A stretch of 64,000 nucleotides of DNA from Bacillales bacterium UBA6120 (GCA_002422535.1 DIVY01000003.1:10523-74522); one strand, 5' to 3'; numbered from the stretch's first letter, positions 46,110 through 56,120 are shown. Program-made: numbers and translations. The notes: a model not told the origin generated them from the letters alone.

Positions 46110-47129
46110 TTAGACAAAGTCAGTTATTTTTTCGATCGACCAGCTGGGATCGGCGCCTAACTCTAATGTGGCCTCAATCCCTTGGTTCAAAAGCCGTTCT
46201 CCAAGGATGGCAATCATTGCCGCATTATCGGTACACGCCCACAGCGGCGGGATAATGATGTCGATGTGCTGGGTTTCACCTAGGTGTTTAATATTTTGTC
46301 GCAAGAGACTGTTGGCACTTACACCTCCGGCAAGGACGATTTGTTTCACTGGGTATTTTTTAATGGCCAACGACGTCTTATCAATAATCATGCCAATCGC
46401 GGTTTGTTGGAACGATGCGCAAAGATTTGCGATTTCGAGCGGCTCGCTGATTTGCTCGGCATGGTGAACAAGATTAATAACCGCGGTTTTAAGACCCGAG
46501 TATGACAAATCGAGGCTTTCATCATGCAATGGCCGTGGAAGTTTATAGGTCGGGGTTCCTATTTGCGCCAATTGGTCGATGGGAAGTCCCCCAGGATATG
46601 GCAATCTAAGCACGCGTGCTACTTTGTCATAACACTCGCCCACGGCATCATCGCGCGTCTCTCCAATGATTTGAAACTTAAGATGATCTTCCATGTATAC
46701 GAGTTCGGTATTACCCCCGCTGACAACAATGGCTAGTAAAGGAAAAATCAGCGGTTTAACAAACTCATTAGCGTATATATGCGCTGCCAAATGGTGGACC
46801 GGAATTAGGGGCTTATCATAAATGGCGGCAAGGGTTTTCGCGGCTTGTAATCCAACATGTAATGCCCCAATCAAACCGGGGCCACGGGTGATGGCAAAAG
46901 CATCGATGTCTTTTAACGTAAGTTTCGCGCTGTTAAGCGCCTCTTCAAGCACAATCGAAATGTTTTCAGTATGTAGCCGCGACGCCATCTCCGGCATGAC
47001 GCCCCCGTATTTTTGATGGATGGCAATCTGCGTGGATACGGCGTTTGATAAAAGACGGCCGCCTTTGACGATAGCGACACCAGTCTCATCACAGCTAGAT
47101 TCGATTGCTAATATTGTTTTTTCACTCAT
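46110..47129 (-). CDS. tsaD: tRNA N6-adenosine threonylcarbamoyltransferase
   Basis: 339-aa Kae1/Gcp family protein (ILAIESSCDETGVAIV...). Confidence 0.93.
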   Translation of the reverse strand: MSEKTILAIESSCDETGVAIVKGGRLLSNAVSTQIAIHQKYGGVMPEMASRLHTENISIVLEEALNSAKLTLKDIDAFAITRGPGLIGALHVGLQAAKTLAAIYDKPLIPVHHLAAHIYANEFVKPLIFPLLAIVVSGGNTELVYMEDHLKFQIIGETRDDAVGECYDKVARVLRLPYPGGLPIDQLAQIGTPTYKLPRPLHDESLDLSYSGLKTAVINLVHHAEQISEPLEIANLCASFQQTAIGMIIDKTSLAIKKYPVKQIVLAGGVSANSLLRQNIKHLGETQHIDIIIPPLWACTDNAAMIAILGERLLNQGIEATLELGADPSWSIEKITDFV

Positions 47130-47560
47130 AATTTCTTAACCATAAAATAGGCATTTTCGCCATCTTCATAATAATTTTCTTTTTCCAGCACTAAAGCAAA
47201 TCCGTGCTTTATATAAAAATTATAGGCGATCTGATTGCTAATCCGCACTTCAAGGGTGACTTGCTCGGCGCTCCCGTCTTTCATGCGCCCCAAGGCATCA
47301 TTAAGGATCATTTCTCCAATCCGGCGACGACGATAAACCGTCTTCGTGGCGATTTGGTTAATCGTCGCTTGCTCAAACATAATCCAAAAATCGATGAACC
47401 CTAAGATTTCTTGTTCTTGTTCAGCCACGAAAATAAAGGCAAATGGGTTGTCGTTAATTTCATACTTAAAATGATCGAGTGTCCATGGCAACAAAAATGA
47501 TTCGCTTTCAATCTGGGCGACTTGATCTAAGTCATTCATAGTCATGGGGCGGATAATCAT
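47126..47560 (-). CDS. rimI: Ribosomal-protein-alanine N-acetyltransferase (GNAT)
   Basis: 144-aa GNAT fold, sitting between tsaB and tsaD as in Bacillus ydiD. Confidence 0.8.
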   Translation of the reverse strand: MIIRPMTMNDLDQVAQIESESFLLPWTLDHFKYEINDNPFAFIFVAEQEQEILGFIDFWIMFEQATINQIATKTVYRRRRIGEMILNDALGRMKDGSAEQVTLEVRISNQIAYNFYIKHGFALVLEKENYYEDGENAYFMVKKL

Positions 47561-48141
47561 AAATTTTCCTTCAAATAGACGGGTTTCAAGGCGTGAATAT
47601 TGGCGATGGGCGCGTTATTCGTGCCCAACAAATTAATAAATATATTGATGGGCTCTCCCACCATGTTTAAGTATTCAAGTTGACCACTTATAAGATAGTC
47701 CGGATGCTCTTTAATATAATTCACAACCTCATCATTAGTGCGAATTGTATCTGCAATCATGGCCTTATGTCCTTGATATACGCCAAAATACGAGCGTCCG
47801 CTTCGGGCGTTGATCATACAAATAGTGGGATGATTATCGACGCGCAATATTTCTAAAGAGCTGACCCCAATGACCGGAACCTTCAAAGCAAAGCCAATTG
47901 TTTTAGCAATGGTAAGTGCGATGCGTACACCGGTGTAAGAACCCGGCCCAACTGCAACGTGAACGGCGGATACATCACTAAACGAAAATCCAGCTTGTTT
48001 AATCGAAGCTACGATCTCCGGCACCATCAATTCACTTTGACGTTGCCATGCATAAGTCGAGACCTGATGAATAATCCGGTTATCAAAAGCGATGCCCACG
48101 GATAAATTTGTACTCGAAGAATCAAGTAATAGCTTCAGCAT
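47557..48141 (-). CDS. tsaB: tRNA threonylcarbamoyladenosine biosynthesis protein TsaB
   Basis: 194-aa YeaZ-like inactive Kae1 paralog. Confidence 0.88.
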   Translation of the reverse strand: MLKLLLDSSSTNLSVGIAFDNRIIHQVSTYAWQRQSELMVPEIVASIKQAGFSFSDVSAVHVAVGPGSYTGVRIALTIAKTIGFALKVPVIGVSSLEILRVDNHPTICMINARSGRSYFGVYQGHKAMIADTIRTNDEVVNYIKEHPDYLISGQLEYLNMVGEPINIFINLLGTNNAPIANIHALKPVYLKENL

Positions 48142-48602
48142 AGAGCCACTTCCTTAATTATCTCAAAGAATGGGTAATAGCGTTCTTCGCTTGTTTCAAA
48201 TTCTAAGGTCCGTTTATTATTTGAAATTATTTTAATGGTAATTTTTAAGGCGTTAGCCGGAATAAAAACGGCGATAAATTGCGGCCATTCGACAACCGAG
48301 ATGCCTCCATCGTCAATATATTCTTCAAGCCCAATATCGGCATTTCCATCTTCAAGGCGATAGGCATCAATGTGAAATAATGGTATGCGCCCGTGGCGAT
48401 ATTCCCGCAACAAGTTAAATGTCGGGCTGATGACATGCTCACTTATACCCAAACCTTGGGCGATACCCGAGGTAAAAGTTGTTTTTCCCGCGCCTAAATC
48501 GCCTGCGAGAGCAACGACACTACCTTCAAAGAGAAACGGCGCTAGTTTGCTAGCGATGGATTTCGTGTCATTGGTGTTTTTGGATATTAACTTAATTTTC
48601 AT
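48135..48602 (-). CDS. tsaE: tRNA threonylcarbamoyladenosine biosynthesis ATPase TsaE
   Basis: 155 aa with the P-loop GDLGAGKTTF; YjeE/YdiB family. Confidence 0.9.
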   Translation of the reverse strand: MKIKLISKNTNDTKSIASKLAPFLFEGSVVALAGDLGAGKTTFTSGIAQGLGISEHVISPTFNLLREYRHGRIPLFHIDAYRLEDGNADIGLEEYIDDGGISVVEWPQFIAVFIPANALKITIKIISNNKRTLEFETSEERYYPFFEIIKEVALC

Positions 48603-48736
48603 ATTTGTTGATGAACTAATATATTAACATGTCGAATTGAGTTCGCTAAAGGCAAAATCTTAAATTGTCATGTAAACGCTTTAATTGTGATGATGGTTCT
48701 ACCGCTCCATTCTTGACAACTAATGGGTCACATTCT

Positions 48737-48745
48737 TGGTATAAT
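48737..48745 (+). promoter_or_regulatory. Extended -10 promoter (TGgTATAAT) giving a probable leaderless transcript
   Basis: TG at 48737-48738 and TATAAT at 48740-48745. The ATG of the downstream reductase is at 48752, only 6 nt later, with no SD between them. Confidence 0.45.
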
Positions 48746-48751
48746 CTAACC

Positions 48752-49669
48752 ATGGGAAAAATATGGCAATTAATTATCATCGGCGGTGGTCCTGTCGGCC
48801 TATCCGCGGCTTTAAAAGCCCGGCAAAATAATTATGATTTTTTGCTGCTAGAGAGCCAAGATAAACTAGGCGGTCAGCTAATCGAATTATATCCCGAAAA
48901 GGAAATTATCGATATCGCCGGGCACGAATCCATTCTTGCCAAAAATTATATCGACTGGTTATTAGCGCAATTTGATGAAACCGATAAAGTGCGCTTCCAG
49001 TTACATGAAAAAGTCACAAATCTAACATCGAGGAATGAAGTTATTGAAGTTAACACTGACAACAATACTTATCAAACGCAAGCGGTAATCATCGCCACCG
49101 GACTTGGGGTCTATATGCCAAGGTTACTCGAATGCCGTGGTGCGGAAGGGTGCCAAAATATTATTTATGCACTACATCGTCTTGAGTTTTTAAAGGATAA
49201 ACGTGTCGCTATTTTAGGAGGTGGCGATGCCGCACTTGACTGGGCCCGCGATATTAGTCGCCATACCCCATTTGTAACGTTAATTCACCGTCGTAATGAA
49301 TTTCGGGGCGACATCAACGTAATCCAGAATATTCCCACATTAACAATCAAAAAACCATTTATACCGACGAGTATTAAAAAGGAAAATGACTTCGCCTACG
49401 CTTTGGAAATTCAAAATGTCGAAACTCTTGCCAAGGAATTACTCGAAATCGATTATATTTTTGTAAATTATGGTCACATTCCTGTCAGCGCTTCTTTTGG
49501 CTTAGCTAAGCGCGGACCGGGCCTTCTCGTGGATGACACGATGCAAACCTCGACGCCAAGAATTTTTGCAATCGGCGATGTGTGCAATTATGACAATAAA
49601 AAACGCCGGATTGATGCCGGCATTCAAGAAGCTAATCGCGTGTTTGAAACACTAAAAACGATTATTTAG
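48752..49669 (+). CDS. Ferredoxin--NADP+ reductase type 2 (YumC/thioredoxin-reductase-like flavoprotein)
   Basis: The FAD motif IIIGGGPVGLSAA sits at the N-terminus and the NADPH motif is ILGGGDAALDWA. The length (about 305 aa) is typical of YumC-like FNR. The ORF-track TTG start at 48665 would add 29 residues that overlap the promoter. Confidence 0.85.
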   Translation: MGKIWQLIIIGGGPVGLSAALKARQNNYDFLLLESQDKLGGQLIELYPEKEIIDIAGHESILAKNYIDWLLAQFDETDKVRFQLHEKVTNLTSRNEVIEVNTDNNTYQTQAVIIATGLGVYMPRLLECRGAEGCQNIIYALHRLEFLKDKRVAILGGGDAALDWARDISRHTPFVTLIHRRNEFRGDINVIQNIPTLTIKKPFIPTSIKKENDFAYALEIQNVETLAKELLEIDYIFVNYGHIPVSASFGLAKRGPGLLVDDTMQTSTPRIFAIGDVCNYDNKKRRIDAGIQEANRVFETLKTII

Positions 49670-50180
49670 CACTTGATTTTAAAAATGATTGATAAAGCTC
49701 ATTGACGATTGCAGATTCAAACGGGTACGCCCTTTTTTCTAATAGTTTGAAAACTTGATTTTTGGCAAGATCAATTACTTTCAAAACATCGTCTTCGTAG
49801 TGATACTTCCGTTTATGATGTTCATGTTCCCGTTCGTCAAGCGTTACAATCGTTCCATCGGGAAATAACTTAAAATCGATATCGTAATCGATATAGCGAA
49901 GCATCCCATCATCAAGTATGGTAGGCGAGGCAATATTAATGTAAAAAATAACGCCTTCTTCTTTTATCATCGCAATGATGTTGTACCAACAATCTTTTGA
50001 AAAAAATGAGACTGCCGGCTCTTTTGAAAACCAGCGACGGCCATCATGTTCAATCACGCGCGTCCTAGTACTCGCCGTGATAAAAAATTCACTTGTTTCT
50101 TCAAGCAAAAAATTCGATTCCCAACATCGATGGAGGGAACCATCGTGTTTATAACTTTGAATCTTAATCCAACGTGACAA
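49662..50180 (-). CDS. UPF0374/DUF402 family protein (YgaC/Ntdp-like nucleoside di-/triphosphatase)
   Basis: 172 aa with the motifs IKIQSYKHDGSLHRCWE, GRRWFSKEPAVSFF, WYNIIAM and YIDYDIDFKLFPDG, which match the DUF402 family. Confidence 0.8.
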   Translation of the reverse strand: MSRWIKIQSYKHDGSLHRCWESNFLLEETSEFFITASTRTRVIEHDGRRWFSKEPAVSFFSKDCWYNIIAMIKEEGVIFYINIASPTILDDGMLRYIDYDIDFKLFPDGTIVTLDEREHEHHKRKYHYEDDVLKVIDLAKNQVFKLLEKRAYPFESAIVNELYQSFLKSSAK

Positions 50181-50264
50181 AATAGCTCTTTTCTAAACAA
50201 GCGCCAATATTGACTAGTTGTCCATGCTTATTTTAGCAATTATCAAGCGACTAATGAAATAAAA

Positions 50265-51137
50265 TTAATTTGCGATTTCTTTTAAAAGATTGTTAATTAA
50301 ACCAAGATCAGCAACATAACGGGTCAAACCGGTTTCATTAAGCGGAGTTTCATACACGACACTCATAATGGCGTCTGCGTAAGAAAGCATCAAATAACCC
50401 TTGTCCTCAAACAACACTAGAGTGAAGTCTTCCAAATATTCATTAAGCGGCAATTTATTTAGATGTTTTAGAATGTTTTTGTGAGCTTTTGGCAATTCTT
50501 CGTCAGTTCCAAACACCATGATGCCATCACCACTATCAATCAACTTTAAATCAAGAAGGCCGGGGGCGAGCGGAAGCTTATCGTTGCGCCGAGCATGATA
50601 AATAATGTGGTTTGACTGCCTTTCTTTGGCTTGAAACCGGACAATTTTGCCAAAAAAAGCGACTTCGATTCTTTTATCTTTTTGGACGCGCACCCCAGCA
50701 TCCGCAAGGGCGAAAGGAATATTATCGATTGTTCCCGTCACAAGATTACGACTGATGATACTAACTTCATCTTTTAGTACTTTAAGGGCGCGAATTTCTT
50801 CAAGTTCAAACCCTTGTTCTTCTTTAACCTCGATTTGTTCAAATGGGCGATCGTTATATAAGAAGGCATCCATCGTTTTGTAATAATTGAATATATAGGC
50901 ATATGTTTGCTTGCCAAGCCACTTTTTGACAAGGCGCGAATAGATAAACAAGGCAATAATCAAAATGGCAACAATGATCAGCGCCAGCGTCATGTTTTGT
51001 TCTAATAGCCACAAAAAAGTGGCGCCCATACCTAGGGCAATTACTCCAAGGACGATATTATTAATAAGTTTCGTTTTCTTAAATAGTTTTAAAAATTTTA
51101 GACGATTAGCTTCGACTTGTGCGATTAACTGTTTCAT
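50265..51137 (-). CDS. Hypothetical membrane-anchored protein (two N-terminal TM helices plus a ~200-aa cytoplasmic domain)
   Basis: 290 aa with no recognisable motif. It starts 21 nt after the thiT stop with no terminator between them. Confidence 0.55.
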   Translation of the reverse strand: MKQLIAQVEANRLKFLKLFKKTKLINNIVLGVIALGMGATFLWLLEQNMTLALIIVAILIIALFIYSRLVKKWLGKQTYAYIFNYYKTMDAFLYNDRPFEQIEVKEEQGFELEEIRALKVLKDEVSIISRNLVTGTIDNIPFALADAGVRVQKDKRIEVAFFGKIVRFQAKERQSNHIIYHARRNDKLPLAPGLLDLKLIDSGDGIMVFGTDEELPKAHKNILKHLNKLPLNEYLEDFTLVLFEDKGYLMLSYADAIMSVVYETPLNETGLTRYVADLGLINNLLKEIAN

Positions 51138-51158
51138 AATGGGCTAACTATAGCATAA

Positions 51159-51725
51159 TCACTCACGCTGTTCACTAGTGGGATACATTTTATTGATGCG
51201 CTGAAGCGGTATAAATAGCAACCACATGACGGGAATAGTAATCGCTAGTGGCGGTAATACGACAAAAACCGCATTATATATTAGTGAGCCCCCAAGCGTT
51301 GTTTCATATATCACAATGCCCGAAATTACATGGAATACATATCTGACGGCTACGGCGGCTATAATGCCGAGCGTCAGCCACCCGTAATTAATTAATTTTT
51401 GGGGCCGCTCTTTATCGATTAAAGGCTTGAAGAATGAAATGATGGCTAATGATCCATACGCCAATAAATAGTCGAGGGGATAAGTTATAAAGCCATAGCC
51501 ATCGAGCAGGTTCGTCAAAAGTCCATAGACAATGCCAATGCCGATGAAGCTCTTAACAAAGCCATGGCGTAACGCCAGAATTAAAAGTGGGACCATCGTC
51601 AATGACAGGGATCCGCTTTGTGCGCCTAGGCGAATTTTAAACCCATCGCGGTCGAGTAAGACTGCCAGAGAAACAAGCATGGCGATTTCGGCAATTTCTT
51701 TAATCGTCATTTTCCATTTATTCAT
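51159..51725 (-). CDS. thiT: Thiamine transporter ThiT (ECF-type S component)
   Basis: 188 aa with 6 TM helices. It resembles ThiT/YuaJ (..FHVISGIVIYETT..) and is preceded by a TPP riboswitch. Confidence 0.75.
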   Translation of the reverse strand: MNKWKMTIKEIAEIAMLVSLAVLLDRDGFKIRLGAQSGSLSLTMVPLLILALRHGFVKSFIGIGIVYGLLTNLLDGYGFITYPLDYLLAYGSLAIISFFKPLIDKERPQKLINYGWLTLGIIAAVAVRYVFHVISGIVIYETTLGGSLIYNAVFVVLPPLAITIPVMWLLFIPLQRINKMYPTSEQRE

Positions 51726-51735
51726 ATGCTGCTCC

Positions 51736-51764
51736 TAATAAAAAATCCTTGTCTAGCAAGGATG
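51736..51764 (-). terminator. Intrinsic terminator forming the expression platform of the TPP riboswitch
   Basis: The minus strand reads ATCCTTG-CTAGA-CAAGGAT followed by TTTTTTATT, between the aptamer and the thiT SD. Confidence 0.7.
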
Positions 51765-51765
51765 T

Positions 51766-51850
51766 AAACCTCCGCTAGCATTACCTAGATCAGGTGTGGT
51801 CGATGGCGCACTAGCCATCCTCTCAGCCATGTTGCCCATAGCTCCCATTG
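51766..51850 (-). promoter_or_regulatory. TPP (THI-box) riboswitch
   Basis: The minus-strand RNA contains GGCUGAGAGG and ACCUGAUCUAGGUAAUGCUAGCGGAGG, which match the conserved THI-element cores (CUGAGA; ACCUGAUCUGGAUAAUGCCAGCG). Confidence 0.8.
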
Positions 51851-51870
51851 GATTGTAAATTAATTATACT

Positions 51871-52551
51871 TCAGCCAATGTTATTTTGCCATGTTATCTG
51901 CTCAAGACCTTGACTTTTCAAAAACGCATTGGCTTTTGAAAAGTGTTTGTTGCCAAACCAACCACCACGATTAGCCGCCAATGGCGATGGATGGACGCTT
52001 TCTAAAATAAGGTGCTGAGAATTATTCAACACTCGTTTATATTTGCGAGCGAAGGCTCCCCAAAGCATAAACACAAGCGGTCGGTCAATTTCATTTAAAA
52101 GATGGAGCACATGTTCGAAAAATTGATCATAACCCGGATGTCGGTGACTCAAGGCATCGCTTCGTCTTACCGATAGATAAGTGTTAAGAAGTAGCACGCC
52201 TTGGCGTGCCCATGAAGTTAAGTCACCAAGTTCATAATTCATTGTAACTTGAAGATCTTGTTCAATTTCTTTGTAGATGTTAATCAAACTCATGGGCGAA
52301 GGCACACCTTTAGGAACTGAAAAACTTAAGCCCATTGCTTGTCCCGGTTCATGATAGGGGTCTTGTCCGATAATGATGACTTTTACCTGCTCAAGTGGCG
52401 TCAATTTGAAAGCATTAAAAAGCAAATTGCGCGGTGGATATACTGTATGTTTAGCGTATTCTTCGTCTAAAAAAGCGTGCAAATTCCTAGCATAATCAAG
52501 TTTATTTTCTTGTTTGAAGAATGTTTCCCAATTGGTAAAATGACTATTCAT
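51871..52551 (-). CDS. ung: Uracil-DNA glycosylase
   Basis: 226 aa with the family-1 UDG motifs GQDPYH and HPSPLA. Confidence 0.93.
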   Translation of the reverse strand: MNSHFTNWETFFKQENKLDYARNLHAFLDEEYAKHTVYPPRNLLFNAFKLTPLEQVKVIIIGQDPYHEPGQAMGLSFSVPKGVPSPMSLINIYKEIEQDLQVTMNYELGDLTSWARQGVLLLNTYLSVRRSDALSHRHPGYDQFFEHVLHLLNEIDRPLVFMLWGAFARKYKRVLNNSQHLILESVHPSPLAANRGGWFGNKHFSKANAFLKSQGLEQITWQNNIG

Positions 52552-52616
52552 ATTTATAATCTTACAATGTTATTATTTTACATACTAATGTATAATAATT
52601 AAACGTAAAAATACCA

Positions 52617-53708
52617 ATGAAAATTCTTTTCGTTTTCGCCCATCCGGCGCCATATAAAATCGATTTGTTCAACGGCCTCGCTCCCCATATCGATTTAACC
52701 GTTGTGTTCGAACGCCATTCGAGCGGTTTTCGTCATCCCTATTTTTATGAGCGCACCAACTATAATTTTCGAACCATTTTTTTACGGGGAATCTCAATTG
52801 GAGCTGAAAACCATTTATCGTTTGAATTGATACGTCATTTAAAAAATAACGCCTATGATCTCATCGTCATGAATGGTTATTCCTCGTTTACCGAGATTCT
52901 AACGATAAAATATTTGCAAAGGAAAAAGCGCCCCTATGTGCTTTACGTCAATGGTGGGGTCATTCATGAGGACCCCCGGTGGCGCTTAAACTTAAAAACA
53001 AAATTAGTCAGCGGAGCCACCCATTATTTTTCCCCATCAACTCACGTTGATTCGTACTTACGCCATTATGGGGCGCAGCAAGAACAAATAATTCACTATC
53101 CATATGCCACCATTTATGATGGCGATATCGCGGCAGAGAAAATTTCCCTCAAACAAAAGCACTCTTTTTGGAAGTCGCTTAACATACCTGATGGACCCGT
53201 GTTTATAAGCGCCGGTCAATTCATCGATCGCAAAAACAATATTGGTATCTTAAAAATTTGGTGTGACCGCCCTCAAGATAATCAATTGCTTCTGATTGGT
53301 TCGGGACCCGATGAACTAAAATACCAACATTTCATCACTGAGCATAAAATGAAAAATGTCCACATCATTCCTTATCAAAAAAGGCATAATTTGTTGAATT
53401 TAATGCGCTACGCGACGGGATTCATCATTTTAAGCAAGGAAGACATCTATGGTCATGTAATTAATGAATCGCTGTCGCAAGGTTTGCCAGTCATCAGTTC
53501 AAGGCACGTCACGGCCGCCTTACATCTTATAAAAAATGCGGAAAATGGCTTTCTTGTCGATTTAGAAGACACCGATGCTATAAATAATGCCATTACAACT
53601 TTAATCAAAAAGGATTTGTTTGCTAACTGCACTGCCACCTCTCGCGGCAACACCATTGAAAAAATGGTTGACCATCATTTACAGACATTCGCTAATATTA
53701 AATTATGA
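52617..53708 (+). CDS. Glycosyltransferase, family 4 (GT-B, Glycos_transf_1)
   Basis: 363 aa. The C-terminal half carries the GT4 E-x7-E-like region (..SKEDIYGHVINESLSQGLPVISS..). Confidence 0.75.
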   Translation: MKILFVFAHPAPYKIDLFNGLAPHIDLTVVFERHSSGFRHPYFYERTNYNFRTIFLRGISIGAENHLSFELIRHLKNNAYDLIVMNGYSSFTEILTIKYLQRKKRPYVLYVNGGVIHEDPRWRLNLKTKLVSGATHYFSPSTHVDSYLRHYGAQQEQIIHYPYATIYDGDIAAEKISLKQKHSFWKSLNIPDGPVFISAGQFIDRKNNIGILKIWCDRPQDNQLLLIGSGPDELKYQHFITEHKMKNVHIIPYQKRHNLLNLMRYATGFIILSKEDIYGHVINESLSQGLPVISSRHVTAALHLIKNAENGFLVDLEDTDAINNAITTLIKKDLFANCTATSRGNTIEKMVDHHLQTFANIKL

Positions 53709-54853
53709 CGTTAATCTATTTAACCAATTCAATGCTTTGCGAAGATTTTGATGAGTTGAATAAAAACGCATTAATCAAGGCTAATCCAAGCAATCAAAAC
53801 TTCCATAACCGTCTTATTCGTGCCTTTGCGAAACATCATCAAGTTATCGCCATCTCCTATCGGCCTTTGGCAACATATGGAAAGCCTTCGTTTTTACCTT
53901 ATGCTTGGAAAAAAACAAAGCGAATCACTTATCACTATCTCCCGATTCATAATCGCAAATACATAAAACAGAAACGCATAATTGACGATGGCACCAAACT
54001 TGTGTCAAGAATATTAAAAGCACCCAAAACAACGGCACCTTTACTAATTGTTGATGCATTAAATGGCACTCTAAGGCAATTGGCGAAAAAGATTGCAAAA
54101 AAATATAAATTAAAGACTTTAGCTATCGTCACCGATAACCCGCTTTTACTAAGCGGGGCCAATCAAAAAAAAGCCGAAAGCGCAATTAAAGACATGCAGA
54201 AGTTTGATTATTATCTTCCCATGACACAAGCGCTCGATATTTTAGTAAATCCTTCGCACAAGCCGCACTGCAATATCACAGGAATTTCTGAAGAAAGGCA
54301 ATTTCATTCCAGTTATGACAAACCTTATTTATTTTTCTGTGGCGCCTTGCATGAACGCTATGGGATTAATAACCTGATTCAAGCTTTCATGACCACCGAT
54401 TATGAAATTGAGCTTCTTATTGCCGGACACGGACCCGATCATTACGTAAGGCTTATGGAAAAGAAAGATCCCCGGATTAAATTTTTAGGTCAATTGACGC
54501 AAGGCGACATTTTTAAGTATGAGTCTGGGGCATTGATCAATATTAACCCACGCCCGTTTGACCGCGCTTTAAACGTTTATTCAGTGCCTTCAAAATTCTT
54601 TGAGTACATGACTAGTGGTGCGCCTACGATGTCGACCGAACACGAACTATTGACACCTAAATATGAAAAACTCGTTATCTGGGCGGGATCCGGTTCTCCC
54701 TCCGAATTAAAAACAGCGCTTGTCCAATTTATGGCTCTCTCAAACGCTGCTCGCGATCGTATGGCTAAAAAGGCGAAAGAAACCGTCCTTGCTGAATTTG
54801 GCATTGATGCAATCGGCGATACCCTTAATCAGTTTTTAATGTCGTTAAGATGA
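53705..54853 (+). CDS. Glycosyltransferase, family 4-like
   Basis: 382 aa with a GT-B C-terminal domain (FFCGALHERYGI.., PSKFFEYMTSGAPTMSTE). It overlaps the upstream GT gene by 4 nt. Confidence 0.65.
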   Translation: MTLIYLTNSMLCEDFDELNKNALIKANPSNQNFHNRLIRAFAKHHQVIAISYRPLATYGKPSFLPYAWKKTKRITYHYLPIHNRKYIKQKRIIDDGTKLVSRILKAPKTTAPLLIVDALNGTLRQLAKKIAKKYKLKTLAIVTDNPLLLSGANQKKAESAIKDMQKFDYYLPMTQALDILVNPSHKPHCNITGISEERQFHSSYDKPYLFFCGALHERYGINNLIQAFMTTDYEIELLIAGHGPDHYVRLMEKKDPRIKFLGQLTQGDIFKYESGALININPRPFDRALNVYSVPSKFFEYMTSGAPTMSTEHELLTPKYEKLVIWAGSGSPSELKTALVQFMALSNAARDRMAKKAKETVLAEFGIDAIGDTLNQFLMSLR

Positions 54854-56022
54854 TGTACTAGTTCTTTAACGACTTTTGTTAATGTATGATGTTCCTTAAA
54901 ATACGCCAAATTGCGTGCCCCTAGCGCGCTTTTTTCTTGCTCGGACATACTTAAAACCGCTTGAATTCCTTCGATTAAACCATCTTTTGTTGGGTCCACT
55001 AGGATCCCGCCACCCGCTTGGTTTAAAATATCGCGACCATCACCTTTTAGGGCCCCGATGATTGGACGCGCGTATTGTAAATACATCATTAATTTATTGG
55101 GAATGGTTTTTCCCACATAGCCATCTTGTTTAAGTGGTAGTAGCAAGGCATCAGCGTTAGGGCCATAAGTGGCGGCAACTTCACTCGCAAGTGTTCCATA
55201 GAGATGAATTCTATTTTCAAGATGATGTTCATTAACAAACGCCTTGATGTGGAGATAACGGGATCCTTGACCAATTAAATGTAAATGTAAATCCGTTTCC
55301 CCAAACATCAAGAAGGCTTCTAAAAGCTCTTCAATTAATTGCACTTGACCAAGATTGCCAATATAAACAATGTGGTGTCCTTCTTTAAAGTCAATTGCCG
55401 GACCAGAACTAGTTTCTGTAATTGCCGGTTGTACTAAAGTAAATATCTTATCCCCAGAAATCCCATGCTCTTCATTCATGTATTGCCTGTATGATGGTGA
55501 GCCTACCAGTAACCGGTCGGCACTTTGATAAATTTGTTTTGACCAGTGTTTTAACAGTTTGAAACCTAAAGTATCCCTTCCAATTTGATTGGTAAAAACA
55601 ACAGATTCGGGCCAAATGTCAACGCAGTAAAGTATTAAAGGCAATTTGTGCTTCTTCGCGTATTTAACCGCGGGAACAAGGGAAATTACTGGTGAGAGAC
55701 TCATGGCGAATACAACATCGTAATCACCATGATGATGCCTGACAAAATGGCGACCCAAAAAATAGAATGAAAAATAATTTATTATCAAGGATATTTTGCT
55801 TTGTTTTCGCGCAACGATTGGCAAACGATGGACCTTGACGCCATCGATTATCTCAAATTTTGTCTGGCGATATTCAGGAAGGATTTGACCGAATCCGGCA
55901 TTGGGACGCCCCGTAATAACGGTAACTTGATGACCCATGGCGACTAACTCGCGCATTAAAGGCGTGATTGAGAAATTCTCCGGATAATAGAATTGACAAA
56001 TAGTAAGAATATTCATATTCAA
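54829..56022 (-). CDS. Glycosyltransferase, family 4 (WcaI-like)
   Basis: 397 aa. The N-terminal half reads ILTICQFYYPENFSITPLMRELVAMGHQVTVIT, typical of the GT4 N-domain. The C-terminal GT-B domain reads ..GTIPNKLMMYLQYARPIIG... It is convergent with the upstream GT gene, and the 3' ends overlap by 25 nt. Confidence 0.75.
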   Translation of the reverse strand: MNMNILTICQFYYPENFSITPLMRELVAMGHQVTVITGRPNAGFGQILPEYRQTKFEIIDGVKVHRLPIVARKQSKISLIINYFSFYFLGRHFVRHHHGDYDVVFAMSLSPVISLVPAVKYAKKHKLPLILYCVDIWPESVVFTNQIGRDTLGFKLLKHWSKQIYQSADRLLVGSPSYRQYMNEEHGISGDKIFTLVQPAITETSSGPAIDFKEGHHIVYIGNLGQVQLIEELLEAFLMFGETDLHLHLIGQGSRYLHIKAFVNEHHLENRIHLYGTLASEVAATYGPNADALLLPLKQDGYVGKTIPNKLMMYLQYARPIIGALKGDGRDILNQAGGGILVDPTKDGLIEGIQAVLSMSEQEKSALGARNLAYFKEHHTLTKVVKELVHHLNDIKN

Positions 56023-56120
56023 TAGTTTATCTTTAGTGAACTTGATTTAATAGGCAAATCGCGCGATTTTTCACCAATAATATTGCCATTATGCAAATTA
56101 GTTTATAATATTTGTTAATC

